This document shows, one piece after another, positions 45,214 through 55,627 of a stretch of 64,000 bases of DNA; position 1 is the first letter of the stretch, and each line of letters starts with the position of its first letter. The translations under genes were made by a program, and so were the position numbers. Source of the DNA: Chloroflexota bacterium (GTDB taxonomy: Bacteria > Chloroflexota > Anaerolineae > Anaerolineales > Villigracilaceae). The notes under the pieces were generated by a model that was not told the origin of the DNA, ran no database searches, and was given only the letters and a program-made list of their open reading frames with translations. The stretch spans positions 176,873 through 240,872 of the forward strand of contig JACRPQ010000005.1 of NCBI GenBank assembly GCA_016223135.1. The letters are read 5' to 3'.

Positions 45214-47016
45214 ATGACTATTTCCGCGCCTCGTTGGGACCTGACCAACGTTTACCCCTCGCTCGATTCGAAGCAATACAAGAATGCCGTAAAGAAATAT
45301 CAAGCCTCGCTGGACGAATTGGAAGCCTTCCTCAAAAAGGCTGGCAAAGCCACTTCCCAAACCGAGCCAAAGAAACTTGGTAAACTGCTCGGCGAAGCCG
45401 TGGATCGCTTCAATGCGCTCCTCGAACTTTCAGGCACTATCAGTCCCTACATTTATTCCTTTGTCACCACCGACTCGCGCAACAAGGAAGCCATGCGCGC
45501 CCTCTCGGAATTCGAGCAGATGTCGGTGAAACGCGATATTCTCAACACGAAATTCCAGGCATGGGTTGGCAAGTTGGGCAAAGCCGCCGTCAAAAAAGCC
45601 GCCAAAACCAACGCCTCGGCGAAGGCGCACGAGTTTGCCCTGCTGGAGAGCGTGGAGCAGTCCAAGTATCTGATGAGCGAGGCGGAGGAAGCCCTCGCCG
45701 CTGAACTCACCCTGAGCGGCGGCAATGCCTTCGGCAAACTGCAAGGCACCGTCACTTCGCAGATGACTGTGGATTTTGAACTGGACGGCAAGATGCAAAA
45801 GATGCCCATGCCTGCCCTCATCAACCTGCGCTCCCACCCCGACGAAGCCACCCGCCGCCGCGCCTACGAAGCCGAGAACAAAGCCTGGGAGGGAGTCAAA
45901 GAGACGCTGGCGGCGTGCATGAACGGGGTCAAAGGGGAAACGCTCACTCTCGACAGAAAACGCGGGCGCGAGGATGCCATCCACGCCTCGCTCGACTTTG
46001 CCCGCATTGACCGCGCCACCCTCGAAGCCATGCTCGGCGCAATGCGCGATTCCTTCCCCATGTTCCGCCGTTATTTCAAGCACAAGGCAAAACTGCTTGG
46101 CAAGGAAAAACTTGCCTGGTGGGACCTCTTTGCTCCGATGGGCAAGACCGACAAGGTCTATTCGTGGGACGAGGCGCGCGATTTCATCGTCGCCAACTTC
46201 AACAAGTTTTCCCCCGAACTGGGCGCTTTTGCCGGCCGCGCCTTCGACAACCGCTGGATTGACGGCGAACAACGCGAAGGCAAACGCGGCGGCGCGTTTT
46301 GCATGGGCGTGGAGGGCGTGAAGGAAAGCCGCATCCTCAGCAACTTCGACGGTTCGTTCGACCAAGTCAGCACGCTGGCGCATGAACTCGGTCATGCCTT
46401 TCATAACGAATGCGCCTGGCAGGCTGGCAAGACGCCCATCCAACAGAACACTCCCATGACCCTGGCTGAAACCGCCTCCATCATGTGCGAGACCATCGTC
46501 ACCGAAGCCGCCCTCGAGCAGACCACCGACTCGCAGGAGATGCTCGCCATCCTCGAAGCGCAGATGAACAACGCCTCTCAGGTGGTGGTGGATATTTACT
46601 CCCGTTACCTCTTCGAGAAGGAAGTCTTCGAGCGCCGCGCCAAATCTGAACTCTCTGCCGACGAACTGTGCGACATCATGGAACGCGCCCAAAAAGCCAC
46701 CTATGGCGACGGTCTGGATGAGAACTACCTGCAAAAATTCATGTGGACGTGGAAGCCCCACTATTACTCCAGCGGCTTCTCATTCTATAACTATCCCTAT
46801 GCCTTTGGTCTGCTCTTTGCCACCGGCTTGTATGCCATCTATCAGAAACGCGGCGCGGAGTTCGTTCCCGCTTACAAGGAACTGCTCGCCACCACAGGCG
46901 AAGCGCGCGCAGCCGACCTTGCCGACAAATTTGGCATCAACATCCGCACCAAAAAATTCTGGGCAGACAGCCTCGCCATCATCGGCAAGCGAGTGGAACG
47001 CTATTGCCAGTTGTAG
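45214..47016 (+). CDS. pepF: M3B oligoendopeptidase F
   Basis: PRWDL, GKRGGAFC, TLAHELGHAFH, LAETAS, FYNYPYAFG. Confidence 0.93.
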   Translation: MTISAPRWDLTNVYPSLDSKQYKNAVKKYQASLDELEAFLKKAGKATSQTEPKKLGKLLGEAVDRFNALLELSGTISPYIYSFVTTDSRNKEAMRALSEFEQMSVKRDILNTKFQAWVGKLGKAAVKKAAKTNASAKAHEFALLESVEQSKYLMSEAEEALAAELTLSGGNAFGKLQGTVTSQMTVDFELDGKMQKMPMPALINLRSHPDEATRRRAYEAENKAWEGVKETLAACMNGVKGETLTLDRKRGREDAIHASLDFARIDRATLEAMLGAMRDSFPMFRRYFKHKAKLLGKEKLAWWDLFAPMGKTDKVYSWDEARDFIVANFNKFSPELGAFAGRAFDNRWIDGEQREGKRGGAFCMGVEGVKESRILSNFDGSFDQVSTLAHELGHAFHNECAWQAGKTPIQQNTPMTLAETASIMCETIVTEAALEQTTDSQEMLAILEAQMNNASQVVVDIYSRYLFEKEVFERRAKSELSADELCDIMERAQKATYGDGLDENYLQKFMWTWKPHYYSSGFSFYNYPYAFGLLFATGLYAIYQKRGAEFVPAYKELLATTGEARAADLADKFGINIRTKKFWADSLAIIGKRVERYCQL

Positions 47017-47022
47017 ATTGGG

Positions 47023-47340
47023 ATGAAGAACACGCCTCATGTCACCCCGTGGGCTGGTTCCACACCCCCGACCGAATCCACGCTGAGACAACTCATGGCA
47101 AACGAGGGTCTCAGCCCTTATGTCTGGTCGAATGGACCGCATGATGTCTATGCGGCGCACACCCATTCGTATGACAAGGTCATCTACGTGGTGCGCGGCT
47201 CGATTACCTTTGGTCTCCCTGAACTGGGGCAGCGCCTCACCCTGCGCGCCGGTGACCGCCTCGACCTGCCCGCCGGCACTGTTCATGATGCGGTGGTGGG
47301 AGCGGACGGGGTGATCTGCCTGGAGGGTCACAAAGGCTGA
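47023..47340 (+). CDS. Cupin domain protein
   Basis: HTHSYDKVIYVVRG...LPAGTVH. Confidence 0.8.
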   Translation: MKNTPHVTPWAGSTPPTESTLRQLMANEGLSPYVWSNGPHDVYAAHTHSYDKVIYVVRGSITFGLPELGQRLTLRAGDRLDLPAGTVHDAVVGADGVICLEGHKG

Positions 47341-47388
47341 TCGAAACAGAATCAACCGTCGGCGGGGAATGAAGCGCAATGTCCAAAC

Positions 47389-47420
47389 AAAAAGACGCGC
47401 CTGCGAGGACGCGTCTTTTT
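47389..47420. terminator. Bidirectional intrinsic terminator
   Basis: AAAAAGACGCG ... CGCGTCTTTTT between convergent genes. Confidence 0.75.
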
Positions 47421-47444
47421 TATTTACCAATTGCTATTTATCGT

Positions 47445-48743
47445 TTACCACGTCGCATTCAGCCAGCCGCGCAATTCCATGGCTTTGACCACACGCGAGA
47501 TGGCAACCATATACGCCGCGTCGCGCATGTAAATGCCTTCCTTTTCGGCGGTTTGCAAAACGGCGTGGAAAGCCTGTGTCATTTTGGTGTCGAGGCGCTG
47601 CAGCACTTCATCTTTCGTCCAGTAAAAGTTCATGTCGTTTTGAACCTGCTCGAAGTAGGAAGTGGTCACGCCGCCGGCGTTGCACAGGAAGTCGGGGATG
47701 TTGAAGATTTTGTTGGCTTTGAAGAATTCGTCCGCCTCGATGGTGGTTGGACCGTTGGCGCCTTCCGCCACGATTTTGACGCGGCTGGACATCTTTTTGA
47801 CGGTCTCAGCGTTGACGTGTCCCTCGATGGCGGCGGGGATGAGGACATCGGCTTCCTTGGTAATCCAGGCTTCACCGTCTTCCACTTCGTAACCAGCCTG
47901 TTCGGCGGTTTTGCGGTCAATGGTGCCGTATTGGTCGGTGATGGAGAGCAGGAAGCGCGGGTCAATGCCGCCTTTTTTGCTGTAGGTGTATGCCTTTTTG
48001 TCGTGGCGGTCCCAGCAGGAAACACAGGCGACCTTGCCTCCCAGGATTTCCACAAAGCCGATGGCGGCATACTGCGCCACGTTGCCAAAGCCTTCGATGG
48101 CGGCGACGGCTTTGGCGGGGTCAATCTTGAGGTGTTTCATGGCTTCGCGCACAGCGTAGATGACGCCGTAGCCGGTGGCTTCGGTGCGTCCTTCAGAGCC
48201 GCCGCTGCCGAGCGGTTTGCCGGTGAACACGCCGGGGGTGTATTGACCGACGAGGCGCGAGTATTCATCCATCATCCAGCCCATCATCTGCGGGTTGGTG
48301 CCCACATCGGGGGCGGGGACGTCGTTGCGCGGACCGATGTTCTTCCACATTGCCTGTACCCAGCCGCGGCAAATTTGTTCCTTTTCGTTGGCAGAGAGGG
48401 TGGCGGGATCGCAGATGACGCCGCCTTTGCCTCCGCCGAGGGGCAGGTCGGCAACGGCGCATTTCCAGGTCATCCAGGTGGCGAGGGCGCGCACGGTGTC
48501 GAAGGTCTCGTTGGGATGGAAGCGGATGCCGCCCTTGTAGGGTCCGCGCGCGTCGTTGTGCTGGACGCGGAAGCCTTGGAAGACCCGCACTGTGCCGTCG
48601 TCCATGCGGACGGGGATGCGGAAGGAGTATTCCCGCATGGGCCAGCGCAAAACTTCACGCACGCCGGGGTTGAGGTTGAGCATTTCGGCAACGTGGTCGA
48701 ATTGCTTTTGTGCTAGTTCAAAAGCGTTGATTTGTTCAGACAT
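47445..48743 (-). CDS. gdhA: Glu/Leu/Phe/Val dehydrogenase (glutamate dehydrogenase)
   Basis: GPYKGGIRFHP, GGGKGG, DVPAPDVGT, ATGYG, GFGNV, EGANGP, NAGGV. Confidence 0.93.
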   Translation of the reverse strand: MSEQINAFELAQKQFDHVAEMLNLNPGVREVLRWPMREYSFRIPVRMDDGTVRVFQGFRVQHNDARGPYKGGIRFHPNETFDTVRALATWMTWKCAVADLPLGGGKGGVICDPATLSANEKEQICRGWVQAMWKNIGPRNDVPAPDVGTNPQMMGWMMDEYSRLVGQYTPGVFTGKPLGSGGSEGRTEATGYGVIYAVREAMKHLKIDPAKAVAAIEGFGNVAQYAAIGFVEILGGKVACVSCWDRHDKKAYTYSKKGGIDPRFLLSITDQYGTIDRKTAEQAGYEVEDGEAWITKEADVLIPAAIEGHVNAETVKKMSSRVKIVAEGANGPTTIEADEFFKANKIFNIPDFLCNAGGVTTSYFEQVQNDMNFYWTKDEVLQRLDTKMTQAFHAVLQTAEKEGIYMRDAAYMVAISRVVKAMELRGWLNATW

Positions 48744-48974
48744 ACTACTTCTCCTGGAAAGTTAGTTGTGTAATTGAGAAAAGATAAGCGGGCATCCCGG
48801 AACGGGCGCCCGCTTGCTGCCGAATGGTGTCGTACAGTTCTTCATCGTATCTTACCCAATAAGTATAAATTGCCCGCCAAGGGTATCATGAGAGTCAAAC
48901 TCTCGTCAATATGATAAAAAGCAGGTGTTTTTCGATGAAAAGACCGGCGTTGCGCCGGTCTTTTTGGGGGCTGA

Positions 48975-49337
48975 TTACTCCCTATCGTTTTCGTCTGTGT
49001 CGTCCTCGCCTGAGTCGAGTTCGTATTCCACTTTTTCTCCGTCCAAATACACCCAGAGGAGGAGGACGTGTCCTTCGGGGGTTTCCACGTTGCGCGCGGC
49101 TAAAATGGGAGCGGATTGCTCCAAGCCCATGTCGTTGCGGTAATGCAAGTGGATAGGGGATTTCGCTTTCCAGGCGCGGTAGCAGCGTTCCACAAGCGCG
49201 GGTCCGTTGAACGTCCGCAAGCGTGTGAGCGCCGGCACCGACAAAGCAGCGCTTTCATTCAAGCCCAGCGCCCAGCCGTCATTGACGGCTTCGAAAACGG
49301 GTGGGGGTCCTTCAATAATGGTAATTCTATCGTCCAT
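48975..49337 (-). CDS. Hypothetical protein
   Basis: ORF MDDRITIIEGPPPVFE... with acidic tail; terminator hairpin at 48938-48965. Confidence 0.65.
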   Translation of the reverse strand: MDDRITIIEGPPPVFEAVNDGWALGLNESAALSVPALTRLRTFNGPALVERCYRAWKAKSPIHLHYRNDMGLEQSAPILAARNVETPEGHVLLLWVYLDGEKVEYELDSGEDDTDENDRE

Positions 49338-49474
49338 AGTGAACGGGAATATACCACAAAAGACGCAGGGAGGACGTTGCGAGTTCATTAGCCTGAAAGT
49401 ACCCCGCTCTGGTAGACAACCTGCCATTGAAATTTCTTGCATTCCCCCTTTTCGGTGGGTATACTTGTTTCATT

Positions 49475-51601
49475 ATGACACCGGAAAAGATTGGGCGCTA
49501 CGAAATCAGGGCAGAATTGGGACGCGGCGGTATGGCGACCGTTTATCACGGCTACGATCCGCGCTTCGAGCGTGAAGTGGCGGTCAAAGTGTTGCCGTCC
49601 GAATTGCTGCACTCCGATCCGCAGTTCAAACTGCGCTTCGAGCGTGAGGCAAAAATCATCGCCCAATTGGAGCATCCATCCATCGTGCCGGTTTATGACG
49701 TGGGAGACGAAAACGGTCAACCTTACTTTGTCATGCGGTACATGAACGGCGGCTCGCTGGCGGAACGCATCAAGAAAGAGATGATGAGCGTCGAGGAAGC
49801 CGCGAAAATTTTAGGTCAGATTGCTCCCGGCTTGGACGAGGCGCACAGCAAAGGCATCGTCCACCGCGACCTGAAACCCAGCAACATCCTGTTCGACTCC
49901 AAAGGCACGCCCTACATCTCCGATTTTGGCATTGCCAAGTTGACCCAGGCGCAGGCGAGCAGCGTCACGGGCAGCGGCATCATCGGCACCCCTGCTTACA
50001 TGGCGCCCGAACAAGCCGCCGGCGAAGCCGTGGATGGACGCTCGGACATTTACGCCCTCGGCATTATTCTCTTCGAGATGTTGACCGGGCGTCAGCCATA
50101 CGAGGCGGATACGCCCATGGCGGTTGCAATCAAGCACATCACCGAGCCGGTGCCGCGTATTCTGGAAGCCAACCCCAACCTCCCCCCCGAGGTGGATGAC
50201 ATCATTCAAAAGGCAATGGCAAAACGCAAGGAAGACCGCTTTGCCACTGCCATGGAATTGGTGGACGCCCTGCGCATGGTCGGTTCCACCGCCACAACGC
50301 AGATGCGCACCGTCAAGGCAGCGCTCAAAACGGTGGCTGCTGTGGAGAAAGCCGCCGAAAAAGCTGCCGTGCCGCCCGCTCGAAAGCCGCTGAGCATCTG
50401 GCTGTTTATCGTCCCCATCCTTTTGCTGGGAATGCTGGGGGGAGGCTACGCTTTGTTGAGCAGGATCAACCGTCCCGTAGAAACCGAAGCGCCGGCGCCC
50501 ATCCCCACGCGAACCACCGTTTCAGTCTCGCCGACTTCCCCCGCCCCCACCCTCAACCCCACCAAGCCGGCGCCGCTTCCTCCCCTTCCAACCGACACTC
50601 CGCTTCTTCCCTCGCCGACGCCTGCGCCGCCCAAACTTCCCGTCATCGGCGGCGCGGATAAGATAGCCTTCGTCGCCAACAACGAAATCTGGCTGATGAA
50701 CATGGACGGTTCGCAACTGGAGCAGGTGACTTTCGACGGCGCCGTCAAAACCGACCTGCAATGGCTGGCGCCCGATTACCGCTACCTGCTCTTCATCAGC
50801 GGAAAAATCGTCAAATATTACGACAGCCAGAGCGGCGCCGTGGATACGCTGGTCAACTTCCCTTCGGAAGTTTCGGTGGATGCCTTTCAGGTCTCGCACG
50901 ACGGCAAGCAGGCGATGATTGCCATGAGCAACAATATTTTCGTGGTGAAGTTCGACATCGCCGCGCTCAAAACAGTCACGAACCGCCGTCAACTTGTTCA
51001 ACTGGAGGGAGGCTGCCTCGTGCAGCAGGTTCCGAAAACATACACCATCGCCCGTGTGCGCGAAGCGCGCTGGTCGCGGGATGACAAACTGGTGGCGTGG
51101 CTCTTCACCGGTAACGACGCCGTCAACCCCAATCTTCAGGCAGAGCAGGTGAGCGTGCTCGATATTTCCGCCTGCAAGCCCGAACTGATTGACCAAAAGG
51201 ATAATTTCCCCGGCACGCGCTTTGTCCCCTCCGGGTATCAATCGCGCGAAATCCCCGATTTCGATTGGGACGGATACGAACTGTTTGCCTTCAACACCTC
51301 GCGCCGCAACAACGGCTGGGGCGACCTGCACATCTATAACTGGAAACTTTACAAAGGCGTCCATTATTCCCCGATTGGTCCCTGCTGCTACCGCGACTCA
51401 CGGTGGAGCCCCGACGGCACTTACATTCTGCTTGCCTTCCAAGACCTCAGCCTCGGTCCCGACGCCAAGACCATGCTTTATTATGTTCCGGTCGGCGAAC
51501 TGGGGGCAGGCGCCAAATTCACCCCTCTGCCCTTGCCGCCGGATTTCTTCAAAAACCCGCGCGAGGCGCCTCAACCCGCCCTGCGCCCTGCGGTTCCCTA
51601 G
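49475..51601 (+). CDS. Membrane Ser/Thr protein kinase with extracellular beta-propeller-like domain (paralog of 9181-11199)
   Basis: GRGGMATV, VAVK, HRDLKPSN, DFG, GTPAYMAPEQ; TM helix; shared C-terminus CCYRD.R.SPDG...PQPALRP. Confidence 0.95.
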   Translation: MTPEKIGRYEIRAELGRGGMATVYHGYDPRFEREVAVKVLPSELLHSDPQFKLRFEREAKIIAQLEHPSIVPVYDVGDENGQPYFVMRYMNGGSLAERIKKEMMSVEEAAKILGQIAPGLDEAHSKGIVHRDLKPSNILFDSKGTPYISDFGIAKLTQAQASSVTGSGIIGTPAYMAPEQAAGEAVDGRSDIYALGIILFEMLTGRQPYEADTPMAVAIKHITEPVPRILEANPNLPPEVDDIIQKAMAKRKEDRFATAMELVDALRMVGSTATTQMRTVKAALKTVAAVEKAAEKAAVPPARKPLSIWLFIVPILLLGMLGGGYALLSRINRPVETEAPAPIPTRTTVSVSPTSPAPTLNPTKPAPLPPLPTDTPLLPSPTPAPPKLPVIGGADKIAFVANNEIWLMNMDGSQLEQVTFDGAVKTDLQWLAPDYRYLLFISGKIVKYYDSQSGAVDTLVNFPSEVSVDAFQVSHDGKQAMIAMSNNIFVVKFDIAALKTVTNRRQLVQLEGGCLVQQVPKTYTIARVREARWSRDDKLVAWLFTGNDAVNPNLQAEQVSVLDISACKPELIDQKDNFPGTRFVPSGYQSREIPDFDWDGYELFAFNTSRRNNGWGDLHIYNWKLYKGVHYSPIGPCCYRDSRWSPDGTYILLAFQDLSLGPDAKTMLYYVPVGELGAGAKFTPLPLPPDFFKNPREAPQPALRPAVP

Positions 51602-52605
51602 AGCGCCCGCACCATTTCACGCACCAGCGCTGGACCCCGATACACCAGTCCCGTATAGACCTGCACCAGACTCGCCCCCATGGCGAGTCTCTTTTTGGCG
51701 TCTTCGGGACTCATAATCCCGCCGGCGCTGATGATGGGGATTCTTCCCTCGACCAACTTTACCACCCGGTTCAACACCGCTTCGCTGCGGACCCGAAGCG
51801 GGCTCCCGCTTAACCCGCCTGATTCACGCTGATACCTTGACCTCGCCCCCTCGCGCGCCAGCGTTGTGTTTGCGGCGATAATGCCGTCCATGCCTTTTTC
51901 GAGAATGACGCCGACTGCATCCTCCAGTTCGTCTTCGCTCATATCCGGTGAGATTTTTACGAGGATGGGAAGTTTGACGTTCCGCGTTCCGCGTTCCACG
52001 TTGATTTGGGCGAGCAGGTGTTCCAGCATCTCACGTCCCTGCAGGCGGCGCAATCCGACGGTGTTGGGGGATGAGATGTTGATGGTCAGATAATCTGCCA
52101 GCGGGGCGAAGACTTTCATCAATTCAATGTAATCTTTCGCTGCTTCCTCAAGAGGGGTATCTTTATTCTTTCCGAGATTCACCCCCAGAATCACAGACTT
52201 TTGCCCACTGGTTGCTGATAACTGCTTGCTGACAAACTTAGCCCCCTTGCTGGGAAATCCCATGCGATTGATGACCGCCTCGTCTTCCACCAGCCGAAAC
52301 ACGCGCGGACGGGGATTCCCAGCCTGAGCCTCCAGCGTGACCGTTCCCACTTCGATGTGACCGAATCCCAGGGCGGCGAGTCCGCGAATGGCGAGGGCGT
52401 CCTTGTCGTAGCCGGCGGCAAGCCCGACGGGGTTTTTGAAGGTCAAGCCGAATGCCTGCACGGGTTTGGTTGGCGTTTTATAAAGTTGCGTGAGCAGCCA
52501 ATTGGAAATTGGAAAATTGCCCGTGATGCGTAAAAGTTGGAGCGTGATTCGATGCGCGGTTTCGGGGTCGAGCGAAAAAAGCAAAGGGCGCAGCAATTGG
52601 TACAT
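51598..52605 (-). CDS. pyrD: Quinone-dependent dihydroorotate dehydrogenase
   Basis: DPETAH, NPVGLAAGYDK, NRMGF, NISSPNT, KISPD, GGLSG. Confidence 0.96.
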   Translation of the reverse strand: MYQLLRPLLFSLDPETAHRITLQLLRITGNFPISNWLLTQLYKTPTKPVQAFGLTFKNPVGLAAGYDKDALAIRGLAALGFGHIEVGTVTLEAQAGNPRPRVFRLVEDEAVINRMGFPSKGAKFVSKQLSATSGQKSVILGVNLGKNKDTPLEEAAKDYIELMKVFAPLADYLTINISSPNTVGLRRLQGREMLEHLLAQINVERGTRNVKLPILVKISPDMSEDELEDAVGVILEKGMDGIIAANTTLAREGARSRYQRESGGLSGSPLRVRSEAVLNRVVKLVEGRIPIISAGGIMSPEDAKKRLAMGASLVQVYTGLVYRGPALVREMVRAL

Positions 52606-52638
52606 TTTTTCCTTTGAGTTCCTTCATGCCCTTCGTGG

Positions 52639-53148
52639 TTAAAAATGTTTCTGTCCGCTTTTATCCAAAAAATACTGGATGATTTCCTCCTCGGGGTGTA
52701 GCACGTTCATCAGCGTAAACATCGCCGCCAGTTCGCCGCGGTGATGCGTATTGTGGTTGGGCGGCTGGACAACCATCTGCCACAACGGCAGGGTAAAGGT
52801 TTCACCGCGAGGGTTGGTGTAGGTCACAGGGCGTTGGAGAGTCTCTTCGCTTTGTTGGGCGAGGAAGGCACGCATGTTCTTTTCCACGTCCGCCCAATAC
52901 GCGCGGATGGATGCGATGGTCGGGAAATCCTTCGGCTCGAGGAACTCGCCCTTTTCGCCGCGCCAGCGCTGCTGCCACATACGCTCGGAACTCATCATGT
53001 GCACCAGCGTCGCGTGAACGCTGTCCCACGAGTGTCCCTGCTTGCGGAAGAGCTGCTCCTCGGTCAGCGTTTCAGCGGCGGCGAGGTAACGCTGGTTTGC
53101 CCAGTAGTTGTAATCGTACAATTCAACCAAGTAATCTTTCAAGTTCAT
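52639..53148 (-). CDS. DinB family protein
   Basis: YNYWANQR, S.HATLVH, N.THHRG. Confidence 0.85.
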   Translation of the reverse strand: MNLKDYLVELYDYNYWANQRYLAAAETLTEEQLFRKQGHSWDSVHATLVHMMSSERMWQQRWRGEKGEFLEPKDFPTIASIRAYWADVEKNMRAFLAQQSEETLQRPVTYTNPRGETFTLPLWQMVVQPPNHNTHHRGELAAMFTLMNVLHPEEEIIQYFLDKSGQKHF

Positions 53149-53194
53149 GTGAAATCCTTCGTTTACAGGTTGTCACGTTTGAAGGTTGGAGCGC

Positions 53195-53809
53195 TCAGCC
53201 GTTGGAACGTTCCAAAAACTTCCTTGTCTCATCAATCTTTCCACTTTCCACCTTCCCAGTCTCCTCCCAATAATCCAGCAACTGTGCGATGGTCAACACC
53301 GCATACAGCGAATAACCCGCCTGCGCCAGCGACTCCTTCGCGCCCGACTGGCGGTCAACCAGCACAACCACATCCTTCACGACCAGCCCCGCGCCGGTCA
53401 ACTTTTCGATGGCTTCGAACTTGCTCCCGCCGGTGGTGGCGAGATCGTCAATGACCACGACCGTTTCGCCTGCGTGATACTCGCCCTCGATCTTGGCTTT
53501 CGTGCCGTACGTCTTGGTTTCCTTGCGCGGGTAGATCATGGGATAGTTCCCCGCGAGCGAGATGGCGGTGGCGATGGGGATGGCGGCGTAGGGCAGGGCG
53601 GCGATGCGCGAGAAGCGGAGTGTGGAAAGTAGAGGCAGGTAGGCTTGAGCAATATCCGCGAGCAATTTGGGGTAAGTGATAACCTGCCGCAGGTCAATGT
53701 AGATGGGGGATTTGAGTCCCGATTTAAGGGTGAACTCGCCGAATTTGATACAGCCTGCAGAGAGCAGCCCGTCCGCGAGGGATGCAAGGCGCGAGTCAAG
53801 TTGTGTCAT
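53195..53809 (-). CDS. pyrE: Orotate phosphoribosyltransferase
   Basis: KFGEFTLKSGLKSPIYIDLR, RKETKTYG, VVIDDLATTGGS. Confidence 0.96.
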   Translation of the reverse strand: MTQLDSRLASLADGLLSAGCIKFGEFTLKSGLKSPIYIDLRQVITYPKLLADIAQAYLPLLSTLRFSRIAALPYAAIPIATAISLAGNYPMIYPRKETKTYGTKAKIEGEYHAGETVVVIDDLATTGGSKFEAIEKLTGAGLVVKDVVVLVDRQSGAKESLAQAGYSLYAVLTIAQLLDYWEETGKVESGKIDETRKFLERSNG

Positions 53810-53990
53810 GTGGTATTCCTTTTTATTCGGGGGATTATAACTTCTCGTATCACAACCTGAGCAAGAGCCGTAATTAACTGCGTTCATTCGGCGTCAAGTC
53901 AGTCTGGGACTATGAGGGCGGGGCGCTTTTACAGTTCTCAAATCTATAGACCTTATCGTCTCTATGAGCGATAACGATGGGAGCATTGTG

Positions 53991-54641
53991 ATGTCCAGCA
54001 AAATGCATGTCGCGGAACTTTGGCGTTACCCGGTCAAATCTTTGGCAGGGGAACAAATTGACGTTGCCGAGATCCACGCGGATGGGATTGACGGTGACCG
54101 CCGCGTGTTGGTCTACAACGAACAGACTCGCAGCCTCGTCACGTCTCGGACTCATCCGAAGTTGCTCGGTCTCAAGGCTACGATCAACCAGAAAGGCGTT
54201 GCGCTCATCAACGGACGCCCGTGGGACGATTCTGAATCGGCGCAGGCGATCATCGCCGCGGCTGGACCACATGCCCGCCTGATCGAATGGGATGGACTCG
54301 AGCGCTTCGATATTCTGCCTCTGCTGGTTGCCACCGATGGCGCGATCCAGGAGTTTGGCTATGACCGCCGCCGTCTGCGCCCGAATATCATCATCGGCGA
54401 CGTGGAAGGGCTGGCAGAGCGCGAGTGGGCGGGTCGCCGTATGCGCATCGGCGACGTTGTGATCGAATTCGCTCAACTGCGCGGACGGTGCGTGATGACC
54501 ACGTACGATCCCGATACACAAACGCAAGACCCGGCGGTATTGCGCCATATCGTCAAAAAATTCAATGGCACACTGGCGCTGGATACAAGAGTTATTCAAG
54601 GCGGGCGCATCTCCGTTGGCGAAGCGGCTGAGTTAATCTAA
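53991..54641 (+). CDS. MOSC domain protein
   Basis: LWRYPVKS, GDRR, RRLRPN, RCVMTT.DP. Confidence 0.88.
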   Translation: MSSKMHVAELWRYPVKSLAGEQIDVAEIHADGIDGDRRVLVYNEQTRSLVTSRTHPKLLGLKATINQKGVALINGRPWDDSESAQAIIAAAGPHARLIEWDGLERFDILPLLVATDGAIQEFGYDRRRLRPNIIIGDVEGLAEREWAGRRMRIGDVVIEFAQLRGRCVMTTYDPDTQTQDPAVLRHIVKKFNGTLALDTRVIQGGRISVGEAAELI

Positions 54642-54701
54642 TCTTCCTCATAGTGACGAATGAAAAAACTTCCGAACATTGATTTGCTCGGAAGTTTTTG
54701 T

Positions 54702-55538
54702 TTACGCCATGTTCAATTCTCTTTTGATGTTCAAAATCTGATCCCTGATCTCCGCCGCAGCCTGAGCGGGATTCGACGCCCGCGAGATGGCGCGCGAGAT
54801 GGGGATGAGCAATCCCTTGCCGTCGCTTCGCAGCCCGGACCTGAGAGTGGACTCCAGTTCCCCGCCCTGCGTCCCCACCCCGGGCGCGAGGAACCACAAA
54901 TTGGGCGCGGCGGCGCGGATCATTTCCATAATCTGCGGGTGCGTTGCGCCGACGACGATGCCTACGTTGTTTTTCTCGTTCCATTGTTCTGCAAGTTTCG
55001 CCACGTAAATGTAGAGCGGCATGGGCATATCCGACCCCATCGGCATGACCAGCAGGTTTTGCAAATCCATCGAACCCGCGTTGGACGTTTTGCACAGCAG
55101 GAAGACGCCCTTTTCTGGATTCTGGATGAACGGCTCGATGGAGTCTTTGCCGAGATAGGGACTCAATGTGATGCAATCCGCTCCAAGATTTTCAAAGGCG
55201 GATTTCGCGTACGCCTCCGCTGTGGAGGCGATGTCGCCGCGCTTCGCGTCTAGGATGACGGGGATCTTCGAGCCGAGTCGATTCGACTCTTCTCGAATGG
55301 CTTCGATGACCTGCTGGAGCGCCGTCCACCCGTCCGCGCCGAAGACCTCGAAGAACGCCGCGTTGGGTTTGAATGCCGCGGCGTAGGGAGCGGTCGCTCG
55401 GACGAGAGTCAGGCAAAAGTCGAGGGCGGAAGCGGGGGAAGGCTCTTTGAGGTCGGAGAGGTGCGGGTCGAGTCCAATGCAGAGGAGGGACGAGCAATCG
55501 TCGACTCGTTTTTCGAGAAAAGAGAAAAAACTTTCCAT
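54702..55538 (-). CDS. pyrF: Orotidine-5'-phosphate decarboxylase
   Basis: LCIGLDP, FKPN.AFFE, LDAKRGDIAST, LCKTSN, LAPGVGTQGG. Confidence 0.96.
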   Translation of the reverse strand: MESFFSFLEKRVDDCSSLLCIGLDPHLSDLKEPSPASALDFCLTLVRATAPYAAAFKPNAAFFEVFGADGWTALQQVIEAIREESNRLGSKIPVILDAKRGDIASTAEAYAKSAFENLGADCITLSPYLGKDSIEPFIQNPEKGVFLLCKTSNAGSMDLQNLLVMPMGSDMPMPLYIYVAKLAEQWNEKNNVGIVVGATHPQIMEMIRAAAPNLWFLAPGVGTQGGELESTLRSGLRSDGKGLLIPISRAISRASNPAQAAAEIRDQILNIKRELNMA

Positions 55539-55627
55539 GCGAATCCTTTTTACCGCGAAGAGCGCAAAGTCCGCTAAGAAAATCTTTAAAAACCTTCGCG
55601 CTCTTGGCGTGCTTTGCGGTTATTTTT

